Source of the DNA: Phycisphaerae bacterium
GTDB taxonomy: Bacteria > Planctomycetota > Phycisphaerae > UBA1845
Reading direction: 5' to 3'
Length of the DNA stretch: 64,000 nucleotides
Assembly: GCA_963666835.2 (NCBI GenBank)
Contig: CAXXGO010000001.1
Coordinates: 192,001-256,000 of the forward strand
Shown here: positions 19,963 to 30,339 of the stretch, one piece after another
Layout: every line of letters begins with the position of its first letter
Numbering within the stretch: position 1 is the first letter of the stretch
Notes under the pieces: generated by a model
What the model saw: only the letters and a program-made list of their open reading frames with translations
What the model was told of the DNA's origin: nothing
Databases searched by the model: none
Translations under genes and position numbers: made by a program

Positions 19963-20215
19963 GGCAGGTCTCGTACCTCGACCATGCCCTACGAACTAAC
20001 CTCGGCGGGTCGCCATGCGGGCAATCGTTCCGAAGGGGCGTAGGCGTGCAGCTACGGGTGGAGCGAAGCGGAACCCGTTGGTGAGATTCGCCCCTGCATG
20101 CTCCCGTCCCCAAGGGCCGGCGGAGGGTGGACCTCGAGGCAGGCTGGAAGCCTACGCTACGGGGTGTCCCGAAGGGCCGGCGGGCAGTCTCAGGGATCGC
20201 CCGCCAGCCTGAATG
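19963..20215. repeat. Mosaic palindromic repeat patch between convergent genes
   Basis: Inverted GTAG REP 19963-19992; GGAGCGAAGCGGAACCCG element ~20060; GCAGGCTGGAAGCCTACGCTAC ~20139-20160. Confidence 0.8.
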
Positions 20216-20249
20216 GACACTGAGTAGGTCGGACTCTCCCCGACGGAAG

Positions 20250-21806
20250 CTACCAGGAGTAATGAACCGTATAGTTGATGACCACCTCGCCGTCCGCTTT
20301 CACCGTGATGGGGAAGTGAATGGTGCGGGAGTCGATCTTCTCAAAATCCTGCGTATTCCTCGTGATTTTCCAGTTCGTCCAGCGATAGAGGTTCTCCTTG
20401 ACGATCACCTTGACCGCCTCCTCTTTGTGGTTGCGGACCTTGATCCTGATGGTCTCCTCCATCCAGTCCCGTTGATTGTCAACGCTGAAATCCACCTGCT
20501 GCCGCTCGCCCACCACATCAAAGGCACTGCCGAGCTTGATCAGAACCTCTTCGTCCTTGGGCGTGTGGTCGATGGTGTCCTCGCCGATGAACTCGAGGGT
20601 CTCGTCGGCCGGGTCGAGCTTGCTCACGCGAATGCGCCCGGACGGCAAGGGCATCCCCATCCCGATCTTCTTCTCGTTCTTGAGCCGCAGATAGACGTCC
20701 ACCTTCTTGTTACACTGGACGCCGAAGTTGCGATCCGTCATTGGCTGCCCGTAGTAGCCGTAGCGCGACTCTAAGCCGTAGTAAACCAGTACCTTCTCGC
20801 ACGGAACCTCGCGGGCGGTGGGGAACAGCTCGAGCTGCTTAGTGGAGTTGTCCGGCAGGCTCGTCGGCCGGCCGAGAGTGTACATGTGGTACTCAAAGAA
20901 GGACTTCTCCTCGAACCCGCCGTCCATGTCCGCCTCGGCCATCGCAAACCTGGCCTTCCCCGCAGGGTGCCGGCGGCTCGGCTGCGGAGCCCGATTTACA
21001 TCACCCGCGATCAGCTTCAACTTCGCATCGCGGTACGTCGCCCCGGATTGATTGACGATACTCACCCAAGCGCCGAAATCGAGCAGGCCGCTGTTGGCGT
21101 CCTTTCCCTCGGTAAACACGATGTTGTAGTCCGCCCACCACGTAACGGCCTTCGTCTCATACGTCACCCGGGCGCGATGCGTGCCCGGCCGGTTGGTGGC
21201 CACATCCCAAACCAGGGTCGGACGCGTGATCAGACCGCCCGGCAGCTCCGGAAACTGCACGTTCGAATAGCCGTTGATCACCTGCACGGCCCCGTCGTCG
21301 CCTTGCAGAATCAACCCGCCGGCCGCGCTCAACAGCTTCCCGGTGAATGTCGAGATCCTGTCACCTTGCGCCTGCTCGACCGTGATAACCCGATCAAGAA
21401 AACGCTCCATCAGCTTCTCGCTGCTGACCAGATCGAACTCGTAGTTCTGCTCCAACACCCGGGTCGTTTCCAGGTCGGTCAGCGACTCGAACGAAACGGT
21501 CGTCGGGTCAATCTGCGAGGCGACATCGACAAAACGGACTTGGTTACGCTTGCCGGCAAGCTCGATGTCCCGCTCCTGCTTGACGACGGCGTATCCGGGA
21601 ATCACCTGTCGATACTGCGAGGGAGAATACCCCGCGAGCAGGCCCGGCTGATAGACCTCCGCGGGAATCGCTCCCGGCCTGGCGGTGCTGTAGATGGTTA
21701 GATTAGTGGCTTCGTCCGTCGCCCGGGCATCCGCCGCCGTGGCCGCCGCGATCGCCAGAGCCAAAACAAACCGCACGCCGCATCTTCGGGAAGATCCGAG
21801 AATCAT
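20250..21806 (-). CDS. DUF4139 domain-containing secreted protein
   Basis: AAGGAG RBS; signal peptide; LTIYS, EQNYEFDLVS, KLKLIAGDVNR, FFEYHMYTL, IDHTPKDE. Confidence 0.88.
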   Translation of the reverse strand: MILGSSRRCGVRFVLALAIAAATAADARATDEATNLTIYSTARPGAIPAEVYQPGLLAGYSPSQYRQVIPGYAVVKQERDIELAGKRNQVRFVDVASQIDPTTVSFESLTDLETTRVLEQNYEFDLVSSEKLMERFLDRVITVEQAQGDRISTFTGKLLSAAGGLILQGDDGAVQVINGYSNVQFPELPGGLITRPTLVWDVATNRPGTHRARVTYETKAVTWWADYNIVFTEGKDANSGLLDFGAWVSIVNQSGATYRDAKLKLIAGDVNRAPQPSRRHPAGKARFAMAEADMDGGFEEKSFFEYHMYTLGRPTSLPDNSTKQLELFPTAREVPCEKVLVYYGLESRYGYYGQPMTDRNFGVQCNKKVDVYLRLKNEKKIGMGMPLPSGRIRVSKLDPADETLEFIGEDTIDHTPKDEEVLIKLGSAFDVVGERQQVDFSVDNQRDWMEETIRIKVRNHKEEAVKVIVKENLYRWTNWKITRNTQDFEKIDSRTIHFPITVKADGEVVINYTVHYSW

Positions 21807-21941
21807 GATCCTGCTCCTTGCTTCTGTGGTGACTTCGTACCACCCGCAACGAGAATCGCGGGCGGGATATGTCTTCTTTGACACGTCGGAAACGCCGCGG
21901 TTCCTAAGATCCCGACGTTTTCTCCACTTAGTCGGACGGCC

Positions 21942-21986
21942 TGCAGCGCAAGCTTCCAGCCTAGTAACGCAGGCTTCCAGCCTGCC
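21942..21986 (+). repeat. Two tandem copies of the GTAGCGCAGGCTTCCAGCCTGC-type palindrome
   Basis: GCAGCGCAAGCTTCCAGCCT then GTAACGCAGGCTTCCAGCCTGC; reverse-complement relatives at ~20139 and ~30120. Confidence 0.7.
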
Positions 21987-22034
21987 TCCCATGCTAAGGG
22001 GACAAGATCCTCACCGACCATTCCGGCAACCGTC

Positions 22035-23366
22035 CTACTGCTTCTCGATCCGCTCGCGCCCGCCCATGTACGATCGCAGAGCCTCGGGGATCGTCACGGT
22101 CCCGTCCGCGTTCTGGTACAGCTCCAAAACCGGAATCAACACCCGCGGCGAGGCGATGACCGTATTATTGAGCGTATGGCAGAAACGCACCTTCTTGCCA
22201 TCGTCACGATAGCGCAACTTCAGCCGGCGGGCCTGGAATTCGTAGAAACGTGACGCCGAGTGGGTCTCGCCGTAGCTATTCCGCGAAGGCATCCAGGTCT
22301 CGATATCAAACTTCTGCACCTGCCCCATGCCCAGGTCGCCCGTGCAGACATTCACCACCCGATAAGGTAGCCCCAGAGCCTGCATCACATCTTCGGCGTT
22401 TCGCAGGATCTCCTCATGGAACTTCTTGCTCTGCTCTACATCGTTGCGGCACACGACCACCTGCTCTACCTTGTCGAACAGGTGGATACGGTACAGTCCG
22501 TGAGTGTCCTTCCCGGCCGCCCCCGCCTCCCGGCGGAAACACGTACTCATCGCGCACGTCTTGAGCGGTAGCTCCTCCTCGTCCACGATCTCGTCGGTTC
22601 GATAGGCGGTCAACGGGACCTCGGCCGTACCGACCAGAGACTTCGTATCCCGCTCGCAAAGGTAGGCCTGGTCCCGCCCGGTCGGGAAGTACCCCGTGCC
22701 GTACATGACGTCCTCCTTTACGAGCACGGGCACGGTCATGGGCACGTAGCCGCGTTGCACCATCATGTCTTGGGCCAGACGCAGCACGGCCTGATGGAGA
22801 AGGGCACCGTCGCCCCGGAGGATGTAGTTCCGCGCTCCGGCCAGCTTCACCCCGCGCTCGATATCGATAATCCCCAACTCCTGCCCCAAAGCGACGTGAT
22901 CCAGCGGCTCGAAGTCGAACTTGCGGATTTCGCCCACCGTGCGCAGCTCGGTGTTCTCGGTATCGTCCTTGCCGATCGGTACGTCCGGATCGGCCGGCTG
23001 GGGGATGGTGAGCATAAGCTGCTCGAACTCTTCGAGGATCGGCCCCTCGGCGTCTTCCAGCTCCTTCATCTTCGGCTTCAGCTCGCCCAGCTCCGCCTGG
23101 ATCCGATCCGCCTCGGCCTTGATGTCTTCGGCGGACTTCCCGGCCTCCATTTCCTTCCGGTAGGCCGGAGACTTCGCGTTCCGCAGCATGCCGACCTTCT
23201 GCCCGCTCTCTTTGACGGTGGTCCGCATTTCGTCAAGCTGCTGCTGCAGCTCCCGCCGCCGCTGATCGACCTCGACAAGCCGATCTACATCGCACGTAAT
23301 GTGCTTATCGACCGCGGCTTGTTTGACCAGTTCGACGTTGTCTCGAATGAACTTGATGTCCAGCAT
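22035..23366 (-). CDS. serS: Serine--tRNA ligase
   Basis: MLDIKFIR start, GTAEVP, CFRREAG (motif 2), FDKVEQ, HTLNNT (motif 3). Confidence 0.97.
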   Translation of the reverse strand: MLDIKFIRDNVELVKQAAVDKHITCDVDRLVEVDQRRRELQQQLDEMRTTVKESGQKVGMLRNAKSPAYRKEMEAGKSAEDIKAEADRIQAELGELKPKMKELEDAEGPILEEFEQLMLTIPQPADPDVPIGKDDTENTELRTVGEIRKFDFEPLDHVALGQELGIIDIERGVKLAGARNYILRGDGALLHQAVLRLAQDMMVQRGYVPMTVPVLVKEDVMYGTGYFPTGRDQAYLCERDTKSLVGTAEVPLTAYRTDEIVDEEELPLKTCAMSTCFRREAGAAGKDTHGLYRIHLFDKVEQVVVCRNDVEQSKKFHEEILRNAEDVMQALGLPYRVVNVCTGDLGMGQVQKFDIETWMPSRNSYGETHSASRFYEFQARRLKLRYRDDGKKVRFCHTLNNTVIASPRVLIPVLELYQNADGTVTIPEALRSYMGGRERIEKQ

Positions 23367-23457
23367 AGATGCCGTGCCTCTCCGCGATAGACTCCTGTCG
23401 CAAAGCCGTATTTCGACGATGGGGTGGGTAATGTCAAGGGCGGCGGTGACGGGCGAC

Positions 23458-23924
23458 TCACCGCCTGTGCGAACGGCGCACCTCGCGCCATCTGTGCCAC
23501 CTGGCCGCAAGCTGGCGCCCGATTTCCGTGGACTCCTCGGTTGTGGCCCACTGGCGGGCGAGGGTGACAGCCTCGTAGGGCACGGTCGAGGAACGAGACC
23601 TGCCACAACGACTACGCCGCGCCGGTTTCGATCACTCACCGACCTTGTGAGGTGTGCGTCTTACGCCACTCGCGCCACCTAGCCGCAAGCTGCCTCCCGA
23701 TTTCCGTGGACTCCTCGGGCGTGGCCCACTGGCGGGCGAGGGTGACAGCCTCGTAGGGCACGGTCGAGGAACGAGACCTGCCACAACGACTACGCCGCGC
23801 CGGTTTCGATCACTCACCGACCTTGTGAGGTGTGCGTCTTACGCCACTCGCGCCACCTAGCCGCAAGCTGGCGCCCGATTTCCGTGGACTCCTCGGTTGT
23901 GGCCCACTGGCGGGCGAGGGTGAC
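23458..23924. repeat. 178-bp tandem repeat: REP plus copy of the last 36 codons of the neighbouring gene
   Basis: REPs at 23575 and 23753; minus-strand TGA stops at 23458, 23636, 23814 (178 bp apart). Confidence 0.93.
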
Positions 23925-24401
23925 GGAGCGTCTCTCGCCCTGGAAGTCGTATTCCGCCACCGGCGGCAACGCCTTCACATTCACAATGTCGGCGAAACGA
24001 ACGCACCGCGCCGGCCTCAACAACCGCCGATACGCCACCGCACCGTTACTTACGGCCACAAACGACGGCCGGTGGCGGGTCAAGTACCTCATACCCAGTG
24101 CCGCCAGAAGGAGCACTCCGCAGAACAACAGTGGCATGTATCGCTGGCTCGTACTAGTCGGCGGAAACGTCGGCCTGAACGTGGACATAGTCATGCCGAG
24201 AACCGACAAACCGATCCCCAAGTAACCCAACATCGCTCCATAGCGTGCCTGGCGCGTATCGTGCTGATTGGCATGTCCCTCCAGGGCCCGCGGGGTGGAC
24301 CAGACCATCATGGTCTCGTCGTACTCGAAACCGCACTCCGGACAAGCATGGCTCGCAGGAAGACCGGTCAGATCGTACCGACATACAATACACCGCGACA
24401 T
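23814..24401 (-). CDS. Zinc-ribbon (CIVCRYDLTG...CPECG) membrane protein
   Basis: Paired CxxC motifs, two TM segments, soluble C-terminal part. Confidence 0.8.
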   Translation of the reverse strand: MSRCIVCRYDLTGLPASHACPECGFEYDETMMVWSTPRALEGHANQHDTRQARYGAMLGYLGIGLSVLGMTMSTFRPTFPPTSTSQRYMPLLFCGVLLLAALGMRYLTRHRPSFVAVSNGAVAYRRLLRPARCVRFADIVNVKALPPVAEYDFQGERRSVTLARQWATTEESTEIGRQLAARWREWRKTHTSQGR

Positions 24402-24547
24402 TGGAATCTCGCCTATGCCCTAAACAGCTCAATCCGGGGCCATTCATACCCGAACTCATTCGGCCTCATTCGCTATTAGGAGGACACCGTACCGCTTAGG
24501 CCGCGTCGAGTCGAGTCGCAAGACCTGGCACCAAGCGTGGCACCGCC

Positions 24548-24781
24548 GTAGGGCACGGTCGAGGCACGAGACCTGCCACAACGGCGCGCGAAGACCTTGT
24601 AGGGCACGGTCGAGGCACGAGACCTGCCACAACGGCGCGCGAAGACCTTGTAGGGCACGGTCGAGGCACGAGACCTGCCACAACGGCGCGCGAAGACCTT
24701 GTAGGGCACGGTCGAGGCACGAGACCTGCCACAACGGCGCGCGAAGACCTTGTAGGGCACGGTCGAGGCACGAGACCTGCC
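24548..24781 (+). repeat. 51-bp tandem array of REP (30 bp) plus invariant 21-bp linker; five REP copies
   Basis: Starts at 24548, 24599, 24650, 24701, 24752; linker ACAACGGCGCGCGAAGACCTT identical each time. Confidence 0.97.
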
Positions 24782-25820
24782 ATCGAGGCCGCGATGGTTC
24801 GAGTCGCACGCATACGTGCCACACGTATGTCTCGCGGAACCAGCCCGTCAGGGCGGCAGCTCTGCGCAGCCCGCGGCGTCAGCCGCGGGATCGCATCGCA
24901 CGTCAACCCAAGCCCCCAGGGGCGGCACTTCGATGATCGAAAAGCTCCCGGTGGTCGGCAACGTGCTTCGCGTATGATGTTGAATAACCGATGTCCGATT
25001 CGAACCTCGATGCCCTCTGCCGCCCCCGAGGGGGCTTGGCGCGAAGTGACCGCACAGTTTCCCCAGGCTTACGCCCTGGGGCTAAAGAACCTGTCGCCCC
25101 AAGGGGCTTCGCTTACGACACGGTCGAGGCACGAGACCTGCCACAACGGCGCGCGAAGACCTTGTAGGGCACGGTCGAGGTACGAGACCTGCCACAACGG
25201 CGCGCGAAGACCTTGTAGGGCACGGTCGAGGCACGAGACCTGCCATCGAGGCCGCGATGGCTCGAGTCGCACGCATACGTGCCACACGTATGTCTCGCGG
25301 AACCAGCCCGTCAGGGCGGCAGCTCTGCCCAGCCCGCGGCGTCAGCCGCGGGATCGCGTCGCACGTCAACCCAAGCCCCCAGGGGCGGCACTTCGATGAT
25401 CGAAAAGCTCCCGGTGGTCGGCAACGTGCTTCGCGTATGATGTTGAATAACCGATGTACGATTCGAACCTCGATGCCCTCTGCCGCCCCCGAGGGGGCTT
25501 GGCGCGAAGCGACCGCACAGTTTCCCCAGGCTTACGCCGTGGGGCTAAAGAACCTGTCGCCCCAAGGGGCTTCGCTTACGACACGGTCGAGGCACGAGAC
25601 CTGCCACAACGCCGCGCGAAGACCTTGTAGGGCACGGTCGAGGTACGAGACCTGCCACAACGGCGCGCGAAGACCTTGTAGGGCACGGTCGAGGCACGAG
25701 ACCTGCCATCGAGGCCGCGATGGCTCGAGTCGCACGCATACGTGCCACACGTATGTCTCGCGGAACCAGCCCGTCAGGGCGGCAGCTCTGCCCAGCCCGC
25801 GGCGTCAGCCGCGGGATCGC
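24656..25820 (+). repeat. 463-bp higher-order tandem repeat (~2.5 copies) containing REP arrays and a multi-hairpin element
   Basis: CATCGAGGCCGCGATGG at 24781, 25244, 25707; diverged copy of the inner part at ~48030-48280. Confidence 0.93.
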
Positions 25821-25837
25821 GTGGCGCGAAGACCAAC

Positions 25838-26063
25838 GGCAGGTCTCGTACCTCGACCATGCCCTACACCCGCGTGCGGTGCCCTATCGGTACGGCGAGC
25901 GTCAGCGACCCGCCGCAATCGGTACGGCGAGCGTGAGCGCCCCGCCCTTGGCCGGCACGTAGCGATCTAGCCACACGGGATGGCCACTCCCTGACGGTCG
26001 GGGTACTGTTCCTCTCCACGCGCGAAGACCAACGGCAGGTCTCGTACCTCGACCATGCCCTAC
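25838..26063. repeat. Two inverted REPs flanking GGTACGGCGAGCGTnAGCG / CCACTCCCTGACGGTCG palindromic elements
   Basis: Inverted REPs at ~25838 and ~26033; related element at ~48310-48396. Confidence 0.8.
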
Positions 26064-26509
26064 ACCCGCGTGCGAGGCCCTGCAGGGAGGCGCGAGACCC
26101 GATGATCATTCACCAGACAACGACAAATCGGAGCGGATGACAACCATCCATCATCGGCTCCCCCACGTCCGGCCAACAATAGCTCGGGCGGTTCTCGACC
26201 GGGCCGGACATACGTCAACCTCAAGAGGACGTGGGCCACCCGGCCGGTAAGTAAAGGCAGGTGAATCACCTGCTCTACCCGTCGGCCTACCGGCCCGGGC
26301 GCGCTTCGCCTGCCTGCCCCGGCCTTGCCACCAATACCGTTGTATCCGCCTGGCGCATCTGGTAAACTGGGCAACTCGCGGGTCTGGAGGGAGCAAGCGG
26401 GGCACCCCGGGTATCGGACTGTAAGGGAGCCCCCCAACCCACAATCGACGGATGAGAAGACATCAGGCCGGGGCAGCAGCAACCTCGAACCACTTTGGAG
26501 GATTAAACT

Positions 26510-29500
26510 GTGCGTAGAGTATCCCACTCGAAGGTTCCGGTGGTTCTTGTGTTGACCGCTCTTACCGTTGCCGCAGCCCGTGGGGAAGTCGCCACGCAGC
26601 AGGAAGCAACTCAGGTTTGTCAGAACTGGTTAACTTACGCGACCGCTCAAAACGGGGGCTGGGCCAAGGCATCACAGCCGGAAATCACCGGTATTCAAGA
26701 TATCATCGCCAACGACGGGAGCACCGTCCTGGGCCGGTGCTTTTCGATCGCCCCAAGCGGGTTCGTAATTGTGCCTATCTTGAAGGAACTGCCACCGGTC
26801 AAGGCGTATTCCGACCGGTGCAATCTGGACGTCACCCAAACGGGGGGCATCGCTCAACTCGTCCGCGAGCTCCTCGAAGACCGCGTGCGCCTCTTCAAAG
26901 AGCGATACGGCAGCTTAGCCGCCGTCCAACCGGCCCGCGCGGAGGCGCTCTTCGGGCAACGGCACCGCCAAAGATGGGAACAGCTTCTGGTCAGCTCGGA
27001 TCAGTTCGATCCCAACCTCGGTCGCGAATCTGAAGGCACCTTCGCTCAAGCAGGTCCTATGCTGACAAGCAATTGGCATCAGAGCAGCCCGTACTACAAT
27101 TCGTGCCCATACGGCGACGGAGACCAGACCATCGTCGGCTGCGTGGCCACGGCGGCCTCACAGTTATTGCGATATCACGAATGGCCCCCTAACGGCGTAG
27201 GCAACCACAGCTATTACTGGGACGGAGACGATTCCTGCGGGGCGTCGGCGCCGTACCCGGGAGCCGGTATCGTCTCCGCAGACTTCTCCGACGACTACGA
27301 TTGGGCCAACATGCCCGACGACTGTTCCGGCGGCTGCACCGCCACCGAGGAAGACGCCCTGGCCGAGCTGTGCTACGAAGTCGGCGTGGCCTACGAGATG
27401 GACTACGGCGCGTGCGCCTCCGGCGCCTTTACGATGCAAGCGGCGGTGATCTTCCCGAGGTACTTCCGCTACGCTCCCGGAATCGACGTGGAAAACCGCT
27501 CCGATCACACGGCCGCTACGTGGTTTACAACCATCCAGGATGAAATCAACGCGGGCCGGCCCATGCTCTACGGCATCTCCAGGCACGCCATCGTCTGCGA
27601 CGGATGGCGCGACACCGGCGGGCAGGACGAGTATCACATGAACTACGGCTGGGGCGGATCACAGACTGCCTGGTTCGCGATTGACGATCTCCACTGCACG
27701 TGGGAGGGCTGCGACCCGATGGTCGAGAAACTGGCTCGATACATCGAACCCTGGCAGCCGGCCGATCCGGACTGCAACGCCAACACCATTCCCGACTACC
27801 AGGACATCTGGGACGGCACGAGCCTGGACTGCAATACCAACGCCATTCCCGACGAGTGCGATATCGCGGACGCTGCGAGTGCCGACTGCCAACCTAACGG
27901 CATCCCGGACGAGTGTGATATCGCGGATCTCGTCGTTCCGGAAACGGTTCCCGCTTGTGACGCCGGCGACGACGGCGAGGCCTGGTGTGATGACCTGGAG
28001 AGCTACGCGCTCGGCACGATCTTCGGAAACAACTGGGCCGGCTGGGGTGAAGACCCCGGCGCCATGGGGACCGTCACCGATGACCAGAACCACACGCCCG
28101 GCGGGTCCAAGTCGCTCGAAATCGCGGAACATGACACGGTGCGGCTCTTTCAGGGCTATGACCTGAGCGAATCGTCCGCCTGGATTCTGAGCTTCTGGGT
28201 TTACATCCCTTCGAGCATGACCGGCACGGCGCATTTCATTCTAAACCCCGATTACGTCGACGGCGGGGCGGGAACCACCTGGGCGATGAACCTCGAAATG
28301 AACACGGCCGCGGGGACCATTAACAGTAACGAGGCCTTCGCATCCCTGCCTTTGGCTACCGATGCCTGGGCCGAGATTCTCCTCGAGATCGACTTCGCTC
28401 ACGACTCTGTGGCAATCTACTACAACGACGTCTTCCTCGCCCGCCACACCTGGACCAACGGCGGCGGGTCGCTGAGCCTTTCCGCGATCGACCTCTGGAG
28501 CCCCGACTCCAGCGGGCACTACTACGATGATCTGGCCTTCTACGCCACAACCGGAGTGGACCTGAACGGGAACGGAACGCCCGACGAGTGCGAAGACTGC
28601 AACGACAACGGCATCGCCGATGCCGAGGACATCGCCGGTCTGACCAGTTCCGACTGCAACGGCAATAACACGCCCGATGAGTGCGAAGTGCCCCCGATCG
28701 ACCTATCCGGCGCAGACTGCAACGGCAATCTGGTTCCCGATGAATGTGAGCCCGACACGGACGGCGACGGGCTAATCAACGACTGCGAGACGGACGACGA
28801 CAACGACGGCGTGCTCGACGAAGATGATACGTTGCCGCTCAACCCCGACGTTTGCGAAGACGTCGACGGCGACGGATGCGATGACTGTGCTATCGGAACG
28901 GACGACTTCGGGCCCATGCCGGATAACGACCCGACCGCGGACGGGGCGGACGGCGACGGTGACGGGCTGTGCAACGTCGGGGACAACTGCAACCTTTACA
29001 ATCCCGACCAACTCGACTGTCAACCTAACGGCATCGGCGACGTCTGCGATATCGCCTATTGCACCGTCGAAGCCTGGTGCAACGACTGCAACGAAAACAA
29101 CGTACCCGACGGTTGTGACATCGCCGCCGGCACGTCCACCGACAACAACGCCGACGGGGTTCCGGACGAATGCGGCGCCAACCCACCCGCGGCGGCACCT
29201 TCACCGCACGATAGCCCCAAGAACCGCTATGTCTCCTTCGATCCGAACCATCCGGGAACTAACGTCGCATTCCGAATAGAGCTGACCGCCGGCGATTACT
29301 TCCCCGGCTCGGTCGGCACCGGAGGCTGGGTCGGTGAGCCGGACGGTGATGCCATTTCGCGCGTGGTTGACACCGCATACTTCAGCGACGCTTGGCCGGC
29401 GGTGGTTCATGTGGGCGACTGTCTGATCGGACCGGCGGCCACCTACGCAGTCACGGCCACCACCGACGCGGTCAACTTCTCCGACCCGCTGACCGTGACC

Positions 29501-29770
29501 ACCATCTCGCAACCGGGCGTGAAGTACTGGGCCGACGTGGTGGGGGATTTCTCCGAAACATGGACTGCGCCCAACGGTATCGTCAATATGAGCGACCTCC
29601 AGGCGGTTTTGCAGAGTTTCTCCGGGGCGGCTACCGCACCACCGCTGACCTGGGCCGACCTGGACGGCGAAGTGCCAAACGCAATCGTGAACATGACCGA
29701 CGTGCAACAGGCCGTGGGCGGGTTCAAAGGCGAGCCCTATCCGTTCAGCGATCCGGCGGATTGCCCATAA
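26510..29770 (+). CDS. C10 (streptopain-family) cysteine peptidase with prodomain, DCNxNxxPDEC repeats, ConA-like domain and dockerin-like C-terminal module
   Basis: GGAGG RBS + GTG; WHQSSPYYNSCP, VGCVATA, HAIVCDG, YHMNYGWGG; C-terminal ~195 aa paralogous to the next gene. Confidence 0.92.
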   Translation: MRRVSHSKVPVVLVLTALTVAAARGEVATQQEATQVCQNWLTYATAQNGGWAKASQPEITGIQDIIANDGSTVLGRCFSIAPSGFVIVPILKELPPVKAYSDRCNLDVTQTGGIAQLVRELLEDRVRLFKERYGSLAAVQPARAEALFGQRHRQRWEQLLVSSDQFDPNLGRESEGTFAQAGPMLTSNWHQSSPYYNSCPYGDGDQTIVGCVATAASQLLRYHEWPPNGVGNHSYYWDGDDSCGASAPYPGAGIVSADFSDDYDWANMPDDCSGGCTATEEDALAELCYEVGVAYEMDYGACASGAFTMQAAVIFPRYFRYAPGIDVENRSDHTAATWFTTIQDEINAGRPMLYGISRHAIVCDGWRDTGGQDEYHMNYGWGGSQTAWFAIDDLHCTWEGCDPMVEKLARYIEPWQPADPDCNANTIPDYQDIWDGTSLDCNTNAIPDECDIADAASADCQPNGIPDECDIADLVVPETVPACDAGDDGEAWCDDLESYALGTIFGNNWAGWGEDPGAMGTVTDDQNHTPGGSKSLEIAEHDTVRLFQGYDLSESSAWILSFWVYIPSSMTGTAHFILNPDYVDGGAGTTWAMNLEMNTAAGTINSNEAFASLPLATDAWAEILLEIDFAHDSVAIYYNDVFLARHTWTNGGGSLSLSAIDLWSPDSSGHYYDDLAFYATTGVDLNGNGTPDECEDCNDNGIADAEDIAGLTSSDCNGNNTPDECEVPPIDLSGADCNGNLVPDECEPDTDGDGLINDCETDDDNDGVLDEDDTLPLNPDVCEDVDGDGCDDCAIGTDDFGPMPDNDPTADGADGDGDGLCNVGDNCNLYNPDQLDCQPNGIGDVCDIAYCTVEAWCNDCNENNVPDGCDIAAGTSTDNNADGVPDECGANPPAAAPSPHDSPKNRYVSFDPNHPGTNVAFRIELTAGDYFPGSVGTGGWVGEPDGDAISRVVDTAYFSDAWPAVVHVGDCLIGPAATYAVTATTDAVNFSDPLTVTTISQPGVKYWADVVGDFSETWTAPNGIVNMSDLQAVLQSFSGAATAPPLTWADLDGEVPNAIVNMTDVQQAVGGFKGEPYPFSDPADCP

Positions 29771-29889
29771 CGGGTGCAGTTGCGCTTCTCGCTCGCGACG
29801 AGGCGGAATATGTATCAAACGTGTTTGGCATTGATCCCGAACGAGCCGGGCGCCGGCGCGGGAGTATCTCCATCGCCCCCACAGGCGTA

Positions 29890-30238
29890 CACCAGCGCGC
29901 AATGGCCCCGAAGGGGCCAGGGCGCGTAGCCACGAGTGGAGCGAAGCGCAACCCGTGGGGACGGTCGATTCTCTCGACATGCCGTCCCGAAGGGCCGGAG
30001 GATGGCAGTCTGTAGGGCAGGTCGAGGAACGAGACCTGCCGCAATGGCGCGTGTCGCGCGACGACCTGGGGACGATCGAGCCCACAAAGATGCCGTCCCC
30101 AAGGACGGCAGTTCTCGAAGCAGGCTGGAAGCCTACGCTACGGGGCGGAGGATAGCAGTGTTACGGCGCAGGCGTCCCCCACGGCGAAAGCCATGGGCCA
30201 CCCGTCCACAACTGGAGCGAAGCGCAACCCGTGGGGGC
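29890..30238. repeat. Mosaic palindromic repeat patch between two paralogous secreted-protein genes
   Basis: GGAGCGAAGCGCAACCCGTGG twice, REP at 30012, GCAGGCTGGAAGCCTACGCTAC, CCACGGCGAAAGCCATGGGCCACCCG. Confidence 0.82.
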
Positions 30239-30339
30239 AGCCGGGAATTCAATTGAATACGGCAAGCGGGAACGCTATGCTGGCACGTAACAGGTTCGCT
30301 GATCCGCGCCCATACCACGGGCACCGGGAGAGAACGATC

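Noticed and set aside
23367..23639. 91-aa N-terminal extension of SerRS in the ORF track
   Set aside because: Runs through repeat DNA; canonical MLDIK start with GAGG upstream at 23366
24548..24781. CRISPR-like look (30-bp palindromic repeat with ~21-bp gaps)
   Set aside because: Spacers are identical, the repeat is dispersed in both orientations across the window, and no cas genes are present
24456..26109. ORFs such as WQVSCLDRALQG... and AGLVPRPCPT...
   Set aside because: Read-through of REP arrays; the same peptides appear wherever the REP occurs
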